Shown: positions 63,325 through 64,000 of the stretch, one piece after another
Numbering within the stretch: position 1 is the stretch's first letter
Layout: the number at the start of each line of letters is the position of its first letter
Source of the DNA: Lama guanicoe
Taxonomy: Eukaryota
DNA length: 64,000 nucleotides
Assembly (NCBI GenBank): GCA_013239625.1
Contig: MU054391.1
Span: 2,943,130-3,007,129 of the forward strand
Reading direction: 5' to 3'
Program-made: the position numbers and the translations under genes
The notes under the pieces: generated by a model
Told to the model about the DNA's origin: nothing
Database searches by the model: none
The model's input: the letters and a program-made list of their open reading frames with translations, nothing else

Positions 63325-64000
63325 CTGGAGATTGAAGGGAAAAAAAAGAAATCAGTGTACACAGGGAGAATTTAAAACTCTGCTTATATGATCAGTTGCT
63401 TAGCGGAATTGACTTGCAAGATACAAGCAAGAGGAAAGGGCTTAGAAGTAAAGGAAAGAAAGTAGGAAAAAACATTTCATATCTTTTCGTGCAGAAAGAG
63501 ATAAACGCGGACTGGGAGGATTGGCATCAAATAAATCTGGGAAATGCAAAACTAAGAGTGGAGTTTAGTTTTTGAAAACATGCTTTCAGTTGACATTTAG
63601 GGCATCATATGTTATAAAAATGTGCATTTTCATTGCCGTGTCTGATTGCTTGCGGTTTCACAGGCAGCACTGGGCGGCAGAAAAGGCTGGGAGTTTCACT
63701 GCGGAAGGTCACACCAGGCCTGGCTCCTAGTCAGGGGCACCAGAGGACACCTCAGCGGATGGTCAGCAGAAAAGGAGCCTACTGAGGGGACACCAGAGGG
63801 ACAGTCTGAATTGAGCCATCAGTTCACACGGTGCCCTCAGTTCCTCTGGCGCTACAGGGAGCTGCCAATGACCTACTAAAAATTCATGTCAAATATTGAT
63901 GCTTTCCCTTGTGGAAACCTTCCTCCCTTAGGTACTAAAACCTTGAACTCAGCAGAACCTAGAGCCCCAGCGTGAGGAATCACATTTTTAGGGTGCATCA

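Noticed and set aside
1..64000. ORF-track entries as protein-coding genes
   Set aside because: They are short, overlap on both strands, are often non-ATG and are rich in Pro/Gly/Arg/Ser as expected from high GC. None resembles a known protein except the L1 and L2 remnants.

Overview
Mammalian genomic DNA that is non-coding (intronic or intergenic), most likely from a camelid, judged from three tRNA-Ala-derived Vic-1-like SINEs. No protein-coding gene, RNA gene, CRISPR array or prokaryotic system is recognisable. The only ORF-track peptides I can assign to a protein are decayed LINE-1 ORF2p fragments and one decayed LINE-2 reverse transcriptase remnant. The window holds L1s of several ages, L2, MIR, MaLR LTRs, a Tigger2-type DNA transposon, two back-to-back solo ERV LTRs, microsatellites and several CpG-rich blocks. 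The points most worth a second look are: (1) patches where old repeats show heavily one-directional A/T->G/C substitution, consistent with GC-biased gene conversion and probably explaining the 313-codon ORF; (2) a solo LTR with six CCAAT boxes and two octamers, divergent from a second solo LTR; (3) two strong minus-strand exon candidates; (4) an exact 100-bp duplication that looks like an assembly artefact. I found no convincing new biological system. Repeat subfamily names and consensus comparisons are from memory and need RepeatMasker/Dfam confirmation. Boundaries of old repeats are approximate.
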